Shown here piece after piece: positions 45,160 to 59,708 of a DNA stretch of 64,000 bases. Position 1 is the first letter of the stretch; every line of letters begins with the position of its first letter. Below the pieces are notes generated by a model. It was given only the letters and a program-made list of their open reading frames with translations, searched no databases and was not told where the DNA came from. The DNA lies in NCBI RefSeq assembly GCF_009914755.1, contig NC_060938.1; one strand, given 5' to 3'. The translations under genes and the position numbers were made by a program. Origin of the DNA: the human T2T-CHM13v2.0 reference genome, Homo sapiens.

Positions 45160-47720
45160 ACTATTTTGAAAATGAAAAGACAAATGAAAGGATGAGATAA
45201 GATGACCTTCCACATTAAGGTACTGGAAAAAATAGCAAACTAAACCTAAAGCAAGCAGAAGGAAGAAAATAAAAATCAGAGAAATTAATAATTTATAATA
45301 TTGATCATATTTGTTGGTATTGACTAACTGATATTAATTCTTGACTAACTTTTTTTTAAATAGAGAAATATTCACTTCCCAATTTATTCTGTGGGGCCAG
45401 TGTTACCTTGATACGAAATTTAGTCCAAATAGCATAGAAAAATAAAACTACTATAAGTATAAATGCAAAATTCCTTTAAAAATACTAACAAATCAAATGT
45501 AGCAACATATAAAAGAATTATACACTATGACAAAGTGAAATTAATACTAGTCATCCCAGGTTGGTTTAACAGCCTAAAACCCACTGAGATAATACATCTT
45601 ATCCATAGAATAAGAAACAAGAATTGCGTGATCATCTCGATAGATTCAGAAAAGACATTTAAGAAAATCCAAATGCTTTAATAATTACAAATAAAAATTA
45701 AAACTCAATGAACCAGGAATAGAGAACTTTCTACACCAGATACATGGCACCTGTGAAAAGCCAACAACAAACATTCAACTTAGTGGTGAAAGAAAGGATA
45801 CTTTCCCGCAATGGTCGGAGATAAGAATAAGATATATACTTTGACCTCTTCTAGTCAACACTGTACTAAAGATTTTATGCAGGGCTAATCGGCAAGTAAA
45901 GAAATAAGAGTCACCTATATTGAACAGGAAGAAATGAAACTTTATTTGCAAATAACATTCTTGTATATAGAAAATTTTAAGGAATCCACTGATCAATAGA
46001 ACTAGTAAATTATTTCAACAATATTACAGCATACAAGGTAAATATACAAAAACCAATTGCACACATCTACAATGAAAACCCCAAAATGAAATTAAGAAAA
46101 CATTTCAATTTACAACAGCATCAAAAAAAGAAATAATAATTAATTTGGAAAATATTATACAAGATTTTACTCTGAAAATTAAAAATTATTGTTTAAAGAA
46201 GTTCTAAATAATTAGCAAACATCTTACACCCATGAATTGGAAGATTTAATATTGTAGTACTTTACAATTTGAACTACAGATTTGATGAAATCCGTACAAG
46301 TATCCCAACAGACTTCTGTCTAGAAACTGACAAGGTGATTCTAAAATACACATGGAATTGTAAGGGACTCAAAATAGCCAAAATAGTCTTGAAAAAAGAA
46401 AACATATTAGGATAATTAACACCTCCTGCTCCAAACCTTACGGCAAAGCATCAGTAATCAAGAAAACACAATACTGATGAAGGAAAAATATATAGATTGA
46501 TGGAAGAGAATTGAGAGTCCATATATGAAACTATGTATCTATAGTCAATGGATTCTTACAGTGGTGCCATGTGCAATTCAATGAGGAAGAGACAGTCTTT
46601 GAACAAACTGGGTCAACAACGTACACGTGGATCACCACTTGCAAAATAATAAATTGGAACCCTTACCCCAAAGCATACAAAAATATTAACTCAAATGAAT
46701 TAAATACATACATGCAAGAGCTAGAATAAAGCATATGGGAAAATCTTCACGATTTTGGATCTAGCAAGGAAATAGCTGTAACACCAAAAACATGAGCAAC
46801 AAAATAAAAATTAGATATTTAAAATTTGTTAAAAATTAAAGACATTGGTGTTTCAAAGGACAACCAAGCAAGTCAAAAGGCAGCTCAAAAATTGTGAGAA
46901 GATATTTGAAAAACACGTGTCTATATGTCTGTATATATATGTATCTTGAATATAGAAAAATTGTTTTAACTCAGTAACAAATATCCCAACTCAAAACTGA
47001 TAAATGATAGGAATAGATGTGTTTCCCAAGAAGATACACGAACGGTCAATAATCCCATAAAAACATACTCAATAGCATCACTTATCAGGCAACTACAAAT
47101 CAAAACCACAGTTAGACACTCTATGGCTACAATTGGCCACTTTGGAAAATACTTTGATGGCTTCTAAATATATTAAAAATAGAATTGTCATATGACCTAG
47201 AAATTTATTCCTAGGTATACACCCAGATTATTGGAAAGAGGTGTTCAAACACAAATTGTACACAAATATTTTTAGCAGCAGTATTTAAAATAGCCAAAAA
47301 CTGAACACAACTCAAATGTCAATAAAAATATTATTGGATAAACAAAATGTTATATCCGTGAAATTGAATATTATACAGTTATAAAAGAAATAAAGTACCA
47401 ATACGTATATGAAACTTGATAGCATTATGCCAACTGAAAGAAGCCAGGCACAAAAGGCCACCTATTGTATGATTCTATTTAGATGAAAATAGAATAGGAA
47501 AATCTATAGAGATAGAAAACAGATTTGCGGTTGCTTAGAATTGAGGAGGGGATGGGTTCATAGGAGGTTAACAGCTAGAGAAGGTGGGGTTTCTTTTTGA
47601 AGTGATGAAAATGCTCTAAAATTCATTGTGATGATGGCTCCACTTATCTGTGCATATACGAAAAGCCATTGACTTGTAGACATTAATGTGTGCACTCTAT
47701 GTGAATTATATCTCAAAAAA
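45160..47720 (+). mobile_element. L1MB-type LINE, ORF2 relics to 3' end
   Basis: AAACCTAAAGCAAGCAGAAGGAAG, ATAGATTCAGAAAAGACATTT and AATAGCCAAAATAGTCTTGAAAAAAGAA; ends GTGAATTATATCTCAAAAAA; many stops and deletions. Confidence 0.85.
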
Positions 47721-47759
47721 TCCTTTCAAAAATACACAGAAGAGTAAGGGGTTTTGGAA

Positions 47760-48090
47760 TGTTGCAACTGGGAGGCAGTTTGAAATACTGAATAGGTCTC
47801 ATTGAGAATGTGAGGTTTCAGTAAAGACTTGAGGAAGTTGAATGAGATCATCAATGGATATATGGAGGGCTATCTTTCCAGGCCAAGAAATTAACTAGTC
47901 TTCGTCATAAGACAGCAGCTTGTTGGCATGTCTAGAGGACAGTGAGGTGGCCAGGAACACTGGTAAGATGAAGGGTGAAGATATAAAAGAATTTTGGCGG
48001 TTAACATGCGGCAGATAATGATGGGCTTGCAGACCATTGTAAGAATTGTGGCTTTTAGTGTAAATGAAATGGGGAGACAAATCATTACCC
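47760..48090 (-). mobile_element. L2 fragment
   Basis: GGTCTCATTGAGAATGTGAGGTTT...GACCATTGTAAGAATTGTGGCTTTTA resembles L2. Confidence 0.55.
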
Positions 48091-49789
48091 CATTATCAAT
48101 ATTTTAATAAATTGGGTCCATGAACCAAATCCAATGAGATTAAATCAATTAGTAATAATATGCAAATTTGTATTAAAATTACAAGAATTTCTTGCACATT
48201 TGAGAACAGGAGAGTCATGATTTTTTATCAGCAATAAGAAACCTTATTAATTTTAATTGTGATCAGCTAATTGAGATTAATTACATCATGCTTTATAATG
48301 TGACTGTCAAAAGGAAAATATGATTGTAATCTTATACTACATCTATCAATGCCTTTGATTCATAAGACTATAGAGTAAGCCCCTAGTTTTCAAAGCCAAC
48401 TGATGAGGCAGTGACATCTTATGCAAGTTTGCTGCTTTCTGCCACAGTGGTCCTTGGTCAGCTGGCACAAATTGTTTTACAAACGCCACTAGGTCTAAAA
48501 ACAGTTTGGATCACAATGAACACAGAAACACCATCTTCCCTTCAGAAATACCCATGAATTACTTCCAATACAGAATCAAAAATTGACAAAGGAAATATGT
48601 TGATTGTAAAAATGCCAGTTAGCTTGCATCCACATGAAAGAAAAATGCCATTTTTATTACCTTAGATCATTGTTTTACATGAGTTTTGGTATAGCACAAT
48701 GTTGAACCAAGGGCAAAGAGAGATGAATTAATGAAGTCTTAAGATATCAAGAATTTAAAAGACAAGGAAGGTCATATTTGAAGGTTAGTGACATAGCATT
48801 CATCTTCTGTTGTCACTTTTTCCATCATTCCCTGTATGCCTGATGGACAGCTTTCACTCAAGTTCAGAGAACAGCATGCAAAGATTAGCTACCAATTAAT
48901 CTTTATGAAGTGAGCTTAATTTCTAGCCAGACTGAGCTTACGTTTTAGCAGGAAGCATTTTTGGGAAATGTTTATGTTAGAGTTTGCCCTTCTTGACAAG
49001 GTGAGACATAAATGTCTACTTTATAGACATGAATTAAGATGGGAAGATATTTGGGGGAAACATTTACTCAAACGCTAAATAATAAAGGTACACAAAGGGC
49101 AAATTATACTAGATTTCTTTCCCACTTGTTTTCTATGTCTCATGCAATTCACCTTGATTCCCTTCAGTTTCTGTTTAATGTAGAACGTGGCATTTTCATT
49201 ACTTTAAGCTTCTAGCACAATGAAAGAGTTTCTCTTTTTCATGAACTGCATCATAAATGAAAGGGAGGAAGAGTGTCTTATATCATATTTATTGTTCAAC
49301 AAAACACTGCTCCACGGCTTAAATTCAGTTTAAAAAACAGAATTTATTGAATATCTAACACATATATAAAAGGCAGTAAAGACAAATGAGAAGGGGGCAG
49401 GATATTGAAGTATACAGACTTTAATGCTGAGTTTTGTATCTTAGGAAGTTACTCCACCTTACAGAGGCTCAATTTCCCCTGATTTAGGAAGGCGATGCTA
49501 ATGGGTATTGCCTAGATGTAAGTATAAAAATGTTGTATTTAAGAGAATCCCACAAGCTTGGTATAAGGCAGAAAATAAATAGATGTGACATGAATAAGTA
49601 GTTTATTACATTTGTATGCTACCTGCAGACTACAGGAAGCAAGAAACACAGCCGCTATGCTTGATTAGCATTATATTCTAATTTGGAATATAAATAGAAA
49701 AGAGAAAAATAGAAAGCTATGCATAAACACATGCATTAAAACGAATATTATGTGGACTCTTTCAGGAAAATGTTCCTAAGGTATTTTAT

Positions 49790-50402
49790 TTTTTTTATTG
49801 TGATAAAATACACATAACATAAAATGTACTCTGTTAACCATTTTAAGAGTACAGTTCAGTGGTACTAAATATAGTCATAACATTGTGCAGCCATCCCTAC
49901 CATCCATCTCCATAACTCGTTTCATCTTGTGAAACTGAAACTCTATACCCATTAAACAATACTTCCCCATTTCTTCCTCCCCCCAGCTTCTGGCAACCAT
50001 CATTGTACTATCTCTGTGATTCTGTCCACTTTAAGTCCCTTATACAAATGGAATTATACTGTATTTGTCCTTCACTGACTAAGTTATTTCACTTGGCATA
50101 ATATCCTCAAGTTTCATCCAAGTTGCAACATATGTCAGAATATTTCCCTCATGTTTAAGGCTGAATAATATTCCATTGTATGTATATATCATATTGTGCT
50201 TATCCATTCATCTGTTGTTGGACACTTCACGTGCTTCTACGTTTTAGCTATTGCCAATAATGCTGCTGCAAACATGGATGTGCAAATATTTTTTCAAGAC
50301 TCTACTTTCAATTCTTTTGCTATCCTGAGATGTGGCGCTGCTGAGTCATATGGCAATATCATTTTGATCTTTTGAGGAACTACCATACTCTTTTCCACAG
50401 CA
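49790..50402 (-). mobile_element. L1MB3/4-like 3' end
   Basis: TTTATTGTGATAAAATACACATAACATAAAAT...AACTGAAACTCTATACCCATTAAACAA...TTTGAGGAACTACCATACT. Confidence 0.85.
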
Positions 50403-53400
50403 AACATAGGGTTTGGCATTCCCTCCAAAACTGCAAAAGGAATCGCCACATGCTTGCCTGTGGATTTTATTCACAAGTCTTGTGGCTCTCTCTACATTCT
50501 GGCCACCACGTGTTATTTCCTGTTTATATATATGACATCAAAGGTGCAGGAAGTAATTAACTAAATTGGAAGGATAAACATGTAGAAAAATAGAGGTAAA
50601 TACTGACTGCATAAAACCATAAGAATAAGAATTTTGGATGATCTATCTATTATATACCTATTTATCTAACATCTATCTGTTCCTCCATCTGTAATTAAAA
50701 TATATTACAGTTAGAGAACAGAGGAAAATGTAGGAATACATGAATTTAAATTTTAATTCTTCTTAGATTGCCTCACAGCATCATTATATGAAAGAAAATT
50801 TATAGGTCAATGTCTGTTAACTATAAATGTAACATTCTTAAAGTATTCAAATACATTGAATTACAGCATGAATAATATATTACGATCCAGTCAAGTTTAT
50901 TTTTTTCCAGGAACACAAAAATACAGATTTCATTTGCAATTCAAAAAAAAAACAGAAATCGATACATATGATTGATATATATACACATTTAATGTATTTT
51001 TAAATATACATTTTTAAAAAATAGAAATTTTTCTAGGACAAATACTTAAAATATCACTGAAAATAGTGTTATTAGCTAATAACTTCCTAATAACTCTGGT
51101 ATTACATAAGAAACCAAAATTAAAATTTCAGGTAAACTTAGAAACTCAAAATTTTAAAAATATTATTCTCTTCTCCGTATGTTCATATTTAATATTATTT
51201 CTTGTTTTCATTCTTCTTCAGTGTTGCTCTACTAAAATATAACATATAATAGTTACTTTTGATTTCTGTTCTTATTACTCAAAATTGTATACATTTTCTC
51301 ATGCTCTTAATTCAGCTATGCTACTTTTCTTTACTCCTGGAATTTTCACATTTGTGTTCACTCTCTTTTGAGTTCCCATAGTATCAAATAAGCTTTTTTC
51401 CCTCTTTCTGATTTGAAGGTTCATTTTCTCATAATTATTTTGTCCACTCAGTTTCTTTTCATTCTCAGTTAAGTGCCTCTCATCTGGCTTCTTTTCATTC
51501 ATAAGGTTTCCTTTCATCTTAAGCCAGTCTTTTATTTATATTTTGATACTGTTTTGTGGAGGACATGCTTCCCTGAATTGTATGGAAGAGGCCAAAAGGT
51601 TTGTTCAAGTTTTTACCTGATACATTGGATTAAATTATCTAATGTACACACTCTTAATTTAAGTCTAGGAGTGACTGTCTACTCTTGATTTTGTATAGTA
51701 TTATTTTTCTTAACATCCAAGTCCATCTTCATCTATTTGTATGTGATCAATAAAAATATATTTGTCCAGAACCCTGATTTGGCAGAGTTACTTCTTTCTA
51801 AATAGTAGAGGTAGCAGTTGAGACATGAGCTGTGTTCTGGGTCAGTTAAGAGGGCTGGGCGACATTCCTCCTTTTGGTCTGTATGACTAAGTGAATGCAG
51901 TTCTTGCTGTCTCGCTCCTCTCCTTAACACACTGAGCCATTGCAGCAGATGAGAAGGAATAATCTTGATCTGCCATTCAGGTGGAACACATGTTCTCTCC
52001 AACCACACCCATAGATTGTACTCACACTAGGCCAGAAGGTATCTTGTCAATGATATGGAGATGTATCTATATATCTAGATAGACATCTACTTTGGTTTAT
52101 ATTCCCTGGTTGCCCGTAAATTATCTCCTTAAAGTGAATAACAAAAGAGAGCTTGGTGATGGCAGTGTTATAAAATCCTCAAAATGCCGCACCCACACCC
52201 AGAGGAATTTGTAGATTCTGGCATTCTAATTCAGATACCAAACTATATAAAAGGGGAATTGGTCATTGAGCGTTGCTAGGCTCTTTCTTGAGCATATTTG
52301 CTCTTTTCATGACTTTGAAATTATTTTAAAAGTCTAACCTTTTTCTCGGTGTGCTGCAAGATGATTTGATTTTAATGCATAAGCACTAATTCTCCCCTAA
52401 GATTTGTACAATATATGTGCTCTGACAAGCCATAGCCAGCAACTCACTTCACAGCAATTTATAGTGTTTCCACGATAAGTTGAATTATTTTTAACTAGAC
52501 TCTCTTTGCCTTCATAAAAATATGAAGAAGCAATCTACTTGTTCTAATTAGGTTCAAAAGTTGGCAGTCTCTCTTCTGGAAAGAATAATAAAACTTTTCA
52601 ACGGCCTAATATGCATCTATAGACACACACACACACATGCAAGCACTATTCATAAAACTTAAAGCACATTCTGTTCTATGATTTCATTTGTCTCGCACAA
52701 AATAAAACGATCTCAGTATATGTCAAGTACCAATTTTTTTTCATATGGCCAATTATAGATATTTTATTTTTTAAAGATTAGAGTGTTCTTGAAGCTCTTT
52801 CTATTTCTTTGTCAATGAACTAAACCTTGGCAAATATGTAGGGTTGCCCACATAAGAACATTATTAATATCCAAATAGAAAGCTGCTGGTAGAAATAATG
52901 ATTGGGAACACAGAGTCTCTTCTCAACGTTCTAGTTCTGCCATACCATAACTTTGTGATCTCAGGAAATATCTCTCCATGTTGTCATCTCTATGTATAGT
53001 TCTGTCATTTTTCAATAAGAGCTTTTTGCTTAATTATGAAGTACTAGTTACTATAACCATTATTTTGAGCTTCACGTAAATCAAGAACACATGGACTCCA
53101 CTTGCAAAACATTGAAAATGTAGTTAGGGATTGGGGGCATAAAGCAACATTTTAAAATGTGTAAAGACAATGAGTAAGCAACAAAGTGTCCAATTTTTTA
53201 GGGGAAAGTTGCATACGTCAGGAAAAGGCAGGATTAAGTAACAGAGAATTTGAATGATAACTGGCCAATTGGTGTCATTTACAATTGCAAGTCATACAAA
53301 TGAAGTTTGCTTTTTTAAAGAGAAAAGGAGTTATTTAGAATGGGTCAACCTATTGGGGAAGCAATGTATTTAGAGACAATGCCCAAAACCATGTGAGCAA

Positions 53401-54401
53401 ATGCTCTGTAGAGCGCACCCCTGCAATGCTGCCATTGTGAGGCCAAGTCTCTCCTTGTCTTGGTACTGATCCCTCCATTCTGCCTCCATCATTGCCACTG
53501 TAGCTGCCACAAAATGATCCCTCAACCACCGCTGCCCAGGAACAAAGAAAGAATTATGTCCTTCCGCGCTCTCAGATCAATTTCCAACAGCAGGAGAGCC
53601 TTTGATGGGCACTATTCAGTTCCCATATCCATGAAATAGATGCAGTAAAAACATAGAAATTGCCTATGTGTTTCCCAATAAGACACATATGGAAACCTGT
53701 TTTCCCACAACAGGAAGCAGTTTGCACGATGGGTGTTCAAAGGAACAATAGTCCCTGTAAACCATACTTTGCCCATATGAAGAAAAGCAATAAGGATTAT
53801 TTAGTAAATAGACATGGAAACTCATCCAGGGTTGGCTGATGAGAAGCTGGTTAGCAAGGGGTCTGCCTTCAGTTAGGACAAGGTCTGTGCTTCCCACGGG
53901 TTCTCTCCACAGCAGGAGGGATGCAAACTTCCCTTTCCTCCCCAGCACCTACCCTCAAATGGCCCAGGGGTCTTCAGGTACTAGAATTTCTCAATTAATG
54001 CTGCACAAAATAACAGACAGCCTTGACTGTCACAGTCTGTTCTCATGAAGCTAGTCTGTGCTCACTACATAAAACAGGAGAGTAAGAACAAGGGTGTTTA
54101 ACGCTACCCTAGCTCAAACATGTTTCTCTCTGTAGGATGCCAAGAACCTGGGAACCAGTGCATCTGCTGATTTCCCTTCTCGGATTCTAGCACAGACAAA
54201 AGAGGCAAGGGGCATTTCTTCAAAGGCCTTGAGCTTTACTACACAATGACCGAGGCTCTACATGTACCCTCTTTATATATTTCTACCTTGAAAAAAAAAT
54301 TTTATATATTAATAATATATATTTTATATAATAAACACATGTTTATTTTATAAATAGATATAGATATACATAGATAAAGATCTCTAGTCAGCCTTTTTTA
54401 A

Positions 54402-54702
54402 GGCTGGGCTGATCGCGGTGCCTCAAAACTATAATCCCAGCACTTCGGGAGGCTAAGGTGGCCAGATCTCTTGAGTCCAGGAGTTGGAGATCAGCCAGGG
54501 CAACATGGTGAAACCCCATCTTTACAAAAATTAGCTAGTATGGTGTCATGCACCTGCCGTCCCTGCTACTCAGGAGGCTGAGGTGGGAGAATCGTTTAAG
54601 CACAGTATGTGAAGGCTTCAGTGAGCTCTGATCACATGACTGCACTCCATCTTGGGTGACAAAGTGAGACCCTCTCTCAAATAAAACAAAATAAAATAAA
54701 AA
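54402..54702 (+). mobile_element. AluJ
   Basis: CTTGAGTCCAGGAGTT...GGCAACATGG...GAGACCCTCTCTC plus an A tail. Confidence 0.85.
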
Positions 54703-55740
54703 GGCTACCACCATACTCACAGATAAGTGTGTCAGGTATATTTGCAGCTATCTTTCCTATATTCTATTTGGTAAAAAAAAAAATTGCAAAGAACTCTTCT
54801 CATTCTAGATTTTTGTATTAATTAGACATTTGAAGTTTATAGCAGAAGAGCTATAATCATGTTTCATGTGTGTACTCTATAGACCAGATAGTGCAAACAA
54901 GATATCAATACTTTTTAAAAGTATATAAGGTTATTAGAAGTATTTTAAACTACCTATAGGTATATATGTATGTAATTGAACTATCAAATGCAAGTAAGAT
55001 CATTTCCTTAGCGTGTGAAATCCACTCAATTTATTAAAATATTTTCTAATATCTATTACAACAATATTTCTTAATTAGCTAACATAAGAGGAGTTTTAAA
55101 ACATTTATTTATATGTACTTGCTAGATTCAAACTTGATTCCACTATTTTCAGAAATCATACTCTGAGACAAGTCCTTTTTTTATCTATGTTTCTGCCTAT
55201 ATTAAAAGACAGATATGTCAATTTTGCTAATCATGCTGTTCCAAACTTCTCCATCCTGATTATTTTTCGGTTTCTTCTACCAGTCACTCAGAGACTTACT
55301 CATATTCAAATTTCTCTCTAGGTTTAACATTTGTGTATGTCTTCTTGTGGTTTTGTCTATTTTTGCTGTATATAATTTATTTTATTGACATATATCGTAC
55401 ATGCAGAAAAGTACAATGATTAAATATGGATAGCTTGATTAATGAAACACATGTATTTGCTTATAACCATGTATGAAAATAGAACATTACTAAATATAGT
55501 GATACTTCTCCTGTCCCTTTCAAAACACTATCCCTCATCCTCAATAGTAACAGATTTTTTTTATCATACAGTAATTTGGTCAATTTTCAAATTTTTATTA
55601 AATCAATCACAGTATCTACTCTAAGTCTATGTTTCTTTCATTGTTGTTATTTTGCTTATAGTATTTATCTGCTAATGGACATGGTAGATTAAAGACGGCT
55701 ACATACAGATTTTTTAATTAATAGATTTTTTGAGCACTTT

Positions 55741-55867
55741 GTGGCTCATGCCTCTAATCCCATCACTTTTGGAGGCGTAGGTGCGTGGATCATGAGGTCA
55801 GGAGATTGAGACCATCCTGGCCAACGTGGTAAAACCCCTTCTCTACTAAAATACAAAAAATTAGCTG
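55741..55867 (+). mobile_element. Alu left arm (AluSc-like), truncated at a duplication junction
   Basis: GAGATTGAGACCATCCTGGCCAAC...AAATACAAAAAATTAGCTG, then ~11 bp of filler and the start of the duplicated module. Confidence 0.85.
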
Positions 55868-55878
55868 ATAGACTAACA

Positions 55879-56987
55879 TCAAGATAACATCTGGGTTCTT
55901 AGCTGCACTGAGTCAAGCCTACTTACATCTTTGTCTTCCGCTGCACTTTTCCTTCCACATCACACTCCAGGAATGCCAAGCTGTGCTGGCCTTCTACCCC
56001 ATTTCCACTATTTTGTCCCAGCCGCAGCGGGTTTTTGTGGCTTTTTGCCCCCGCAGCCGCGGCTTTTTGGCCCCCGCCGCCGAGGCTTTCTGCTTCCCGC
56101 CGCCGCCCCTTTTTGTCCTCGCCGCCGCGGCTTTTTGCTACCGGCCGCCGTGGCTTTTTGCCCCCGCCGCCGCGGTTTTCTGCCCCGCCGCCGAGGCTTT
56201 TTGCCGCCGCGGCTTTTTGCCCCCTCCGCCGCTGCTTTTTGCGGCTTTTCGCCCCCGCCGCCGCGACTTTTTGACCCCGCCACCGTGGCTTTTGCCCCCG
56301 ATGCCACGGCTTTTTGCTCCCGACGCTGCGGCTTTTTGTGGTTTTTTGAACCTGCCCCCGCGGCTTTTTGCCCGCGCTTCCGCGCCTTTTTACCCCGCCG
56401 CCCCCGCTTTTTGCCGCCGCCGCTTTTTACCCCCGCCGCCGAGGATTTTTACCCCCGCCGCCGCGGCTCTGAGGGCGGGAGTGGCAGACTGGGCTGCCAG
56501 CTCCACTGGCTTCCTGGCAAGGGCAGCGCCGAGGGGCGCTCCGGGTCCAGCTCTCCCGGCTCGGGAGTGTATAAATGCTTTGTGTTCTGACAAAGAGAAT
56601 GTAGCACCCATGTCCTACCTGCTTGGTTGCATTGCCAGTGCCCACGGTAGTCCATTTTATCCAGGTTTTTAGGTTTTGTTGTGTTTCGTTTTGTTTTTTT
56701 CTTTTCAGGAGAGTTAGTCCAAGACCAATAACTCCATAACTGGTAGAATTGGAAGACTTTAATAGTGCTTAACGTTTTGTACATAGCTTTATAAGTTTTC
56801 TTTTTCTTTTTTTCTGATTCTTTTCAATATACCCCATCATGGTTGAACTCAAAGTCATTGCTAATTTAAAATCTATAACTGCTGACGTTTTGTAACCTTC
56901 GCATTCCAGATAATTGTTTTTTTGTGTATTTTCTGTATTTTTCTCCATCAGTCTACCTAGATATTTTTAGATTTAATATTTTAATAT
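55879..56987 (+). repeat. Direct paralogous copy of 28551-29368 joined to 35202-35632
   Basis: TCAAGATAACATCTGGGTTCTTAGCT... at both 28551 and 55879; GAGTGTAT.AATGCTT.GTGTT.TGACAAAGAGAATGTAGCACCCA at both 35202 and 56565. Confidence 0.92.
56017..56470 (+). repeat. GC-rich GCTTTTTGC tandem repeat, copy 2
   Basis: Same ~22-bp unit as at 28690, with a shorter array. Confidence 0.9.
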
Positions 56988-56989
56988 AT

Positions 56990-57960
56990 TACTAGCAGTT
57001 ACTCCCCATTTCCCCCTTTTCCCAGCCCCTGGCAACCACTAGTCTATTCTCTGTCTCTATGGACTAGCATATGCCAAATATCAAAAAAAACAGAATCATA
57101 TGTGACCTTGTGTGTTTGGCTTCATTTATTTAGCATGTTGTCCTGATTCATCCATGTTGTATCTTGTGTCAGCACTTCATTGTTTTATATGCCTGAATCT
57201 CATTGCGTGAGTATACTATGTTTTGTTTATCCATTCATTAGTTGATGGATATTTGAGTAGTGTTCATTTTTTGACTATGATTAATAATGTACTGTGATGA
57301 GATTCATGTACTCGTTTTTGTGTGGATGTATTTTTACAATTTTCTTTATATATCTGGTAGTGGGCCTATGGTAAATCTATGTTTAAATTTTTGAAAAACT
57401 TCAAAACTGTTTTCCAAAGTCTATGTACCATTTTATATTATTACCAGCAGTGTATGGAGGTTCCGTTTTTTCCTACCTCCTTGCCAACGTCTGTTATTTT
57501 CCTTTTTTAAAAAAAATAGCCATCCTTGTAGATGTGAAGTGGTATCTAGTTTTCATTTGCATATCCTTAATGACTAATGATGTTGAGCATCTTTTCATGT
57601 GCTGATTGGCCATGTGTATATCTTTTTAGAGAAATGTTCATTTAGATTGTTTGCTCATTTAATTGGGTAGTCTTTTTGTTATTCTAAGAATTGTTTATAT
57701 ATCCTGGACATTAGTTCCTCATCAGATGTATGACTTAATAGATTTCTCTCATTCTGTGGGTTCTTTTCACTTTCCTGAATGTATCCTCTGAAGTACAAAA
57801 GTTTTGAATTTTGTTAAAGTCCAGTTTGTTTTTTCCTTTTGTCACTGTTGCATTTAGTGTTGTATCTAAGACCCATTGCCTAATTCACGGTCACAGATTT
57901 ATACCTATGTTTTCTTCTACAAATTTTATAGTTTTACCCCTTATATTTGGGTCTTTGATC
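56990..57960 (-). mobile_element. L1MA/MB 3' region
   Basis: CCCAGCCCCTGGCAACCACTAGTCTA...TGACTAATGATGTTGAGCATCTTTTCATGTGCTGATTGGCCAT. Confidence 0.85.
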
Positions 57961-57968
57961 CTGATAGT

Positions 57969-58012
<44 letters not shown>

Positions 58013-59404
58013 GTGAACAGAATTTGTTTAGGTTTTATATGAAAACCCGCTGGGGCTATTAAGGTAGTTTTACTATATTATCTTTAGAAGTTTTATGGTT
58101 TTGCTTCTCATCTTATTCTTAATCCACTGGAAACTACATGTTGTATAGTCAGTGTTCATTTATATTTACTCACATTATTTGTCTTCTTACGTACTCACCA
58201 TTTCTTCTCGCAACTCAAGTCTTCCATCTAGGGGAACAAACTTCTACTGAAAAACATCTCTTAGAATTTCCTTTAGTGAAGGTCTCTTAGTTAGCAAATT
58301 TAGTATTTGTTTGGTTTTTATGACTTAAATATTGTCATATTTGGCCTGTTTATTAAAAGATATATTAATTTCATATGTGATTATTCTTTCTTAGTACATT
58401 GTCTTCTTGCTTCCATTTTTAAGACATTAGCTCTTGGTCTAAATCCATATTCTTTCATGGATAATGTGAATTTTTTCTCTGGTTGTTTTCAATATATTCT
58501 TTTCTTAAGGGTTCCATTATTTTTATGATGATACATTTAGTTATTTTTTTTCCTTTTAAATCTGTCCAACTTGAGCTTCCTGAATATGAAGGGTGGAATT
58601 TTTCATCATTTTGGGAAAATTCCAAGCCATTATCTTTTTTACAAAACCTAACAGTTTATTGTTCTACTTATGAAATCCTGTTAGTTGTAATATCTTATCA
58701 CTCTTGTCTTCCATGTCTCTTGTTTCTTTCTTATTTTTTACTTCTTTGAGCTTCATTCTGAGCAATTTCTTCAGCCTGTCTTCCAGTTTACATTTCCTTT
58801 TCAATTATATGTAATCTGCTGTCAAATCTGTCTTCAATTTCAACAATTATGTTTTTATTTCTGGAATTTCTATTTGGCTCCTTCTCAAATCTGCCTGGAC
58901 ATTTTTTAAAATGTTTTTTTTGCTTTCATTGAGTTGTATTAAATTTTTATTTTATGCCCAACAATTCTAATTAAGTCTTTATTGGTTTGATTTTGCTGAG
59001 TCTCTTTTCTTTTGTTTTTATTTTCTTTACTTGTACAATGTTAATAATCTAGTAATAACACCAACTAAATCACATGATTGTTTTATGAATTGAGATAATG
59101 AATATATTGCATAATATCTGGTACATAGTAAATGTACATGCAATCCATTATAATAATTAGAAATAATGAAATATAATGTATGATTATTAGGAAATCTACC
59201 AGAGCCACAAATTTTATTGAGCGATATAAAAGACAACTAGAGAAAACAAAGAAATATGCCATAGCTGGATGGAAAGAGTAATAATAATGTTGTGTGTTCA
59301 TCTTAGACTAAATCACGTCTCATACAATTTCAATAAAATTCCAATTAAATTTATTTTTAAAACATGGCAAATACATTGTAAATTTAATGTAAAAGAACAA
59401 ACAG

Positions 59405-59708
59405 GGCCAGGCTCAGTGGCTCAACCTGTAATCCCAGCACTTTGGGAGGCTGACGCGGGCATATCATGAGATCAGGAGATCGAGACCATCCTGGCTAACA
59501 CGGTGAAACCCCATCTCTACTATAATACAAAAAATTAGTCGGGCGTGGTTGCAGGTGCCTGTAGTCCCAGCTACTCAGGAGTCTGAGGCAGGAGAATGGC
59601 GTGAACCCAGAAGGAGGAGCTTGTGGTGAGTGCAGATCACGCCACTGCACTCCAGCTTGGGCGACAGAGCGAGATTCCATCTCAAAAATAAAATAAAATA
59701 AAATATAA
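59405..59708 (+). mobile_element. AluY
   Basis: GAGATCGAGACCATCCTGGCTAACACGG and GAATGGCGTGAACCC; no convincing TSD. Confidence 0.9.

Noticed and set aside
45160-47720. Possible intact L1 ORF2
   Set aside because: Numerous stops, frameshifts and internal deletions; ancient L1M relic.
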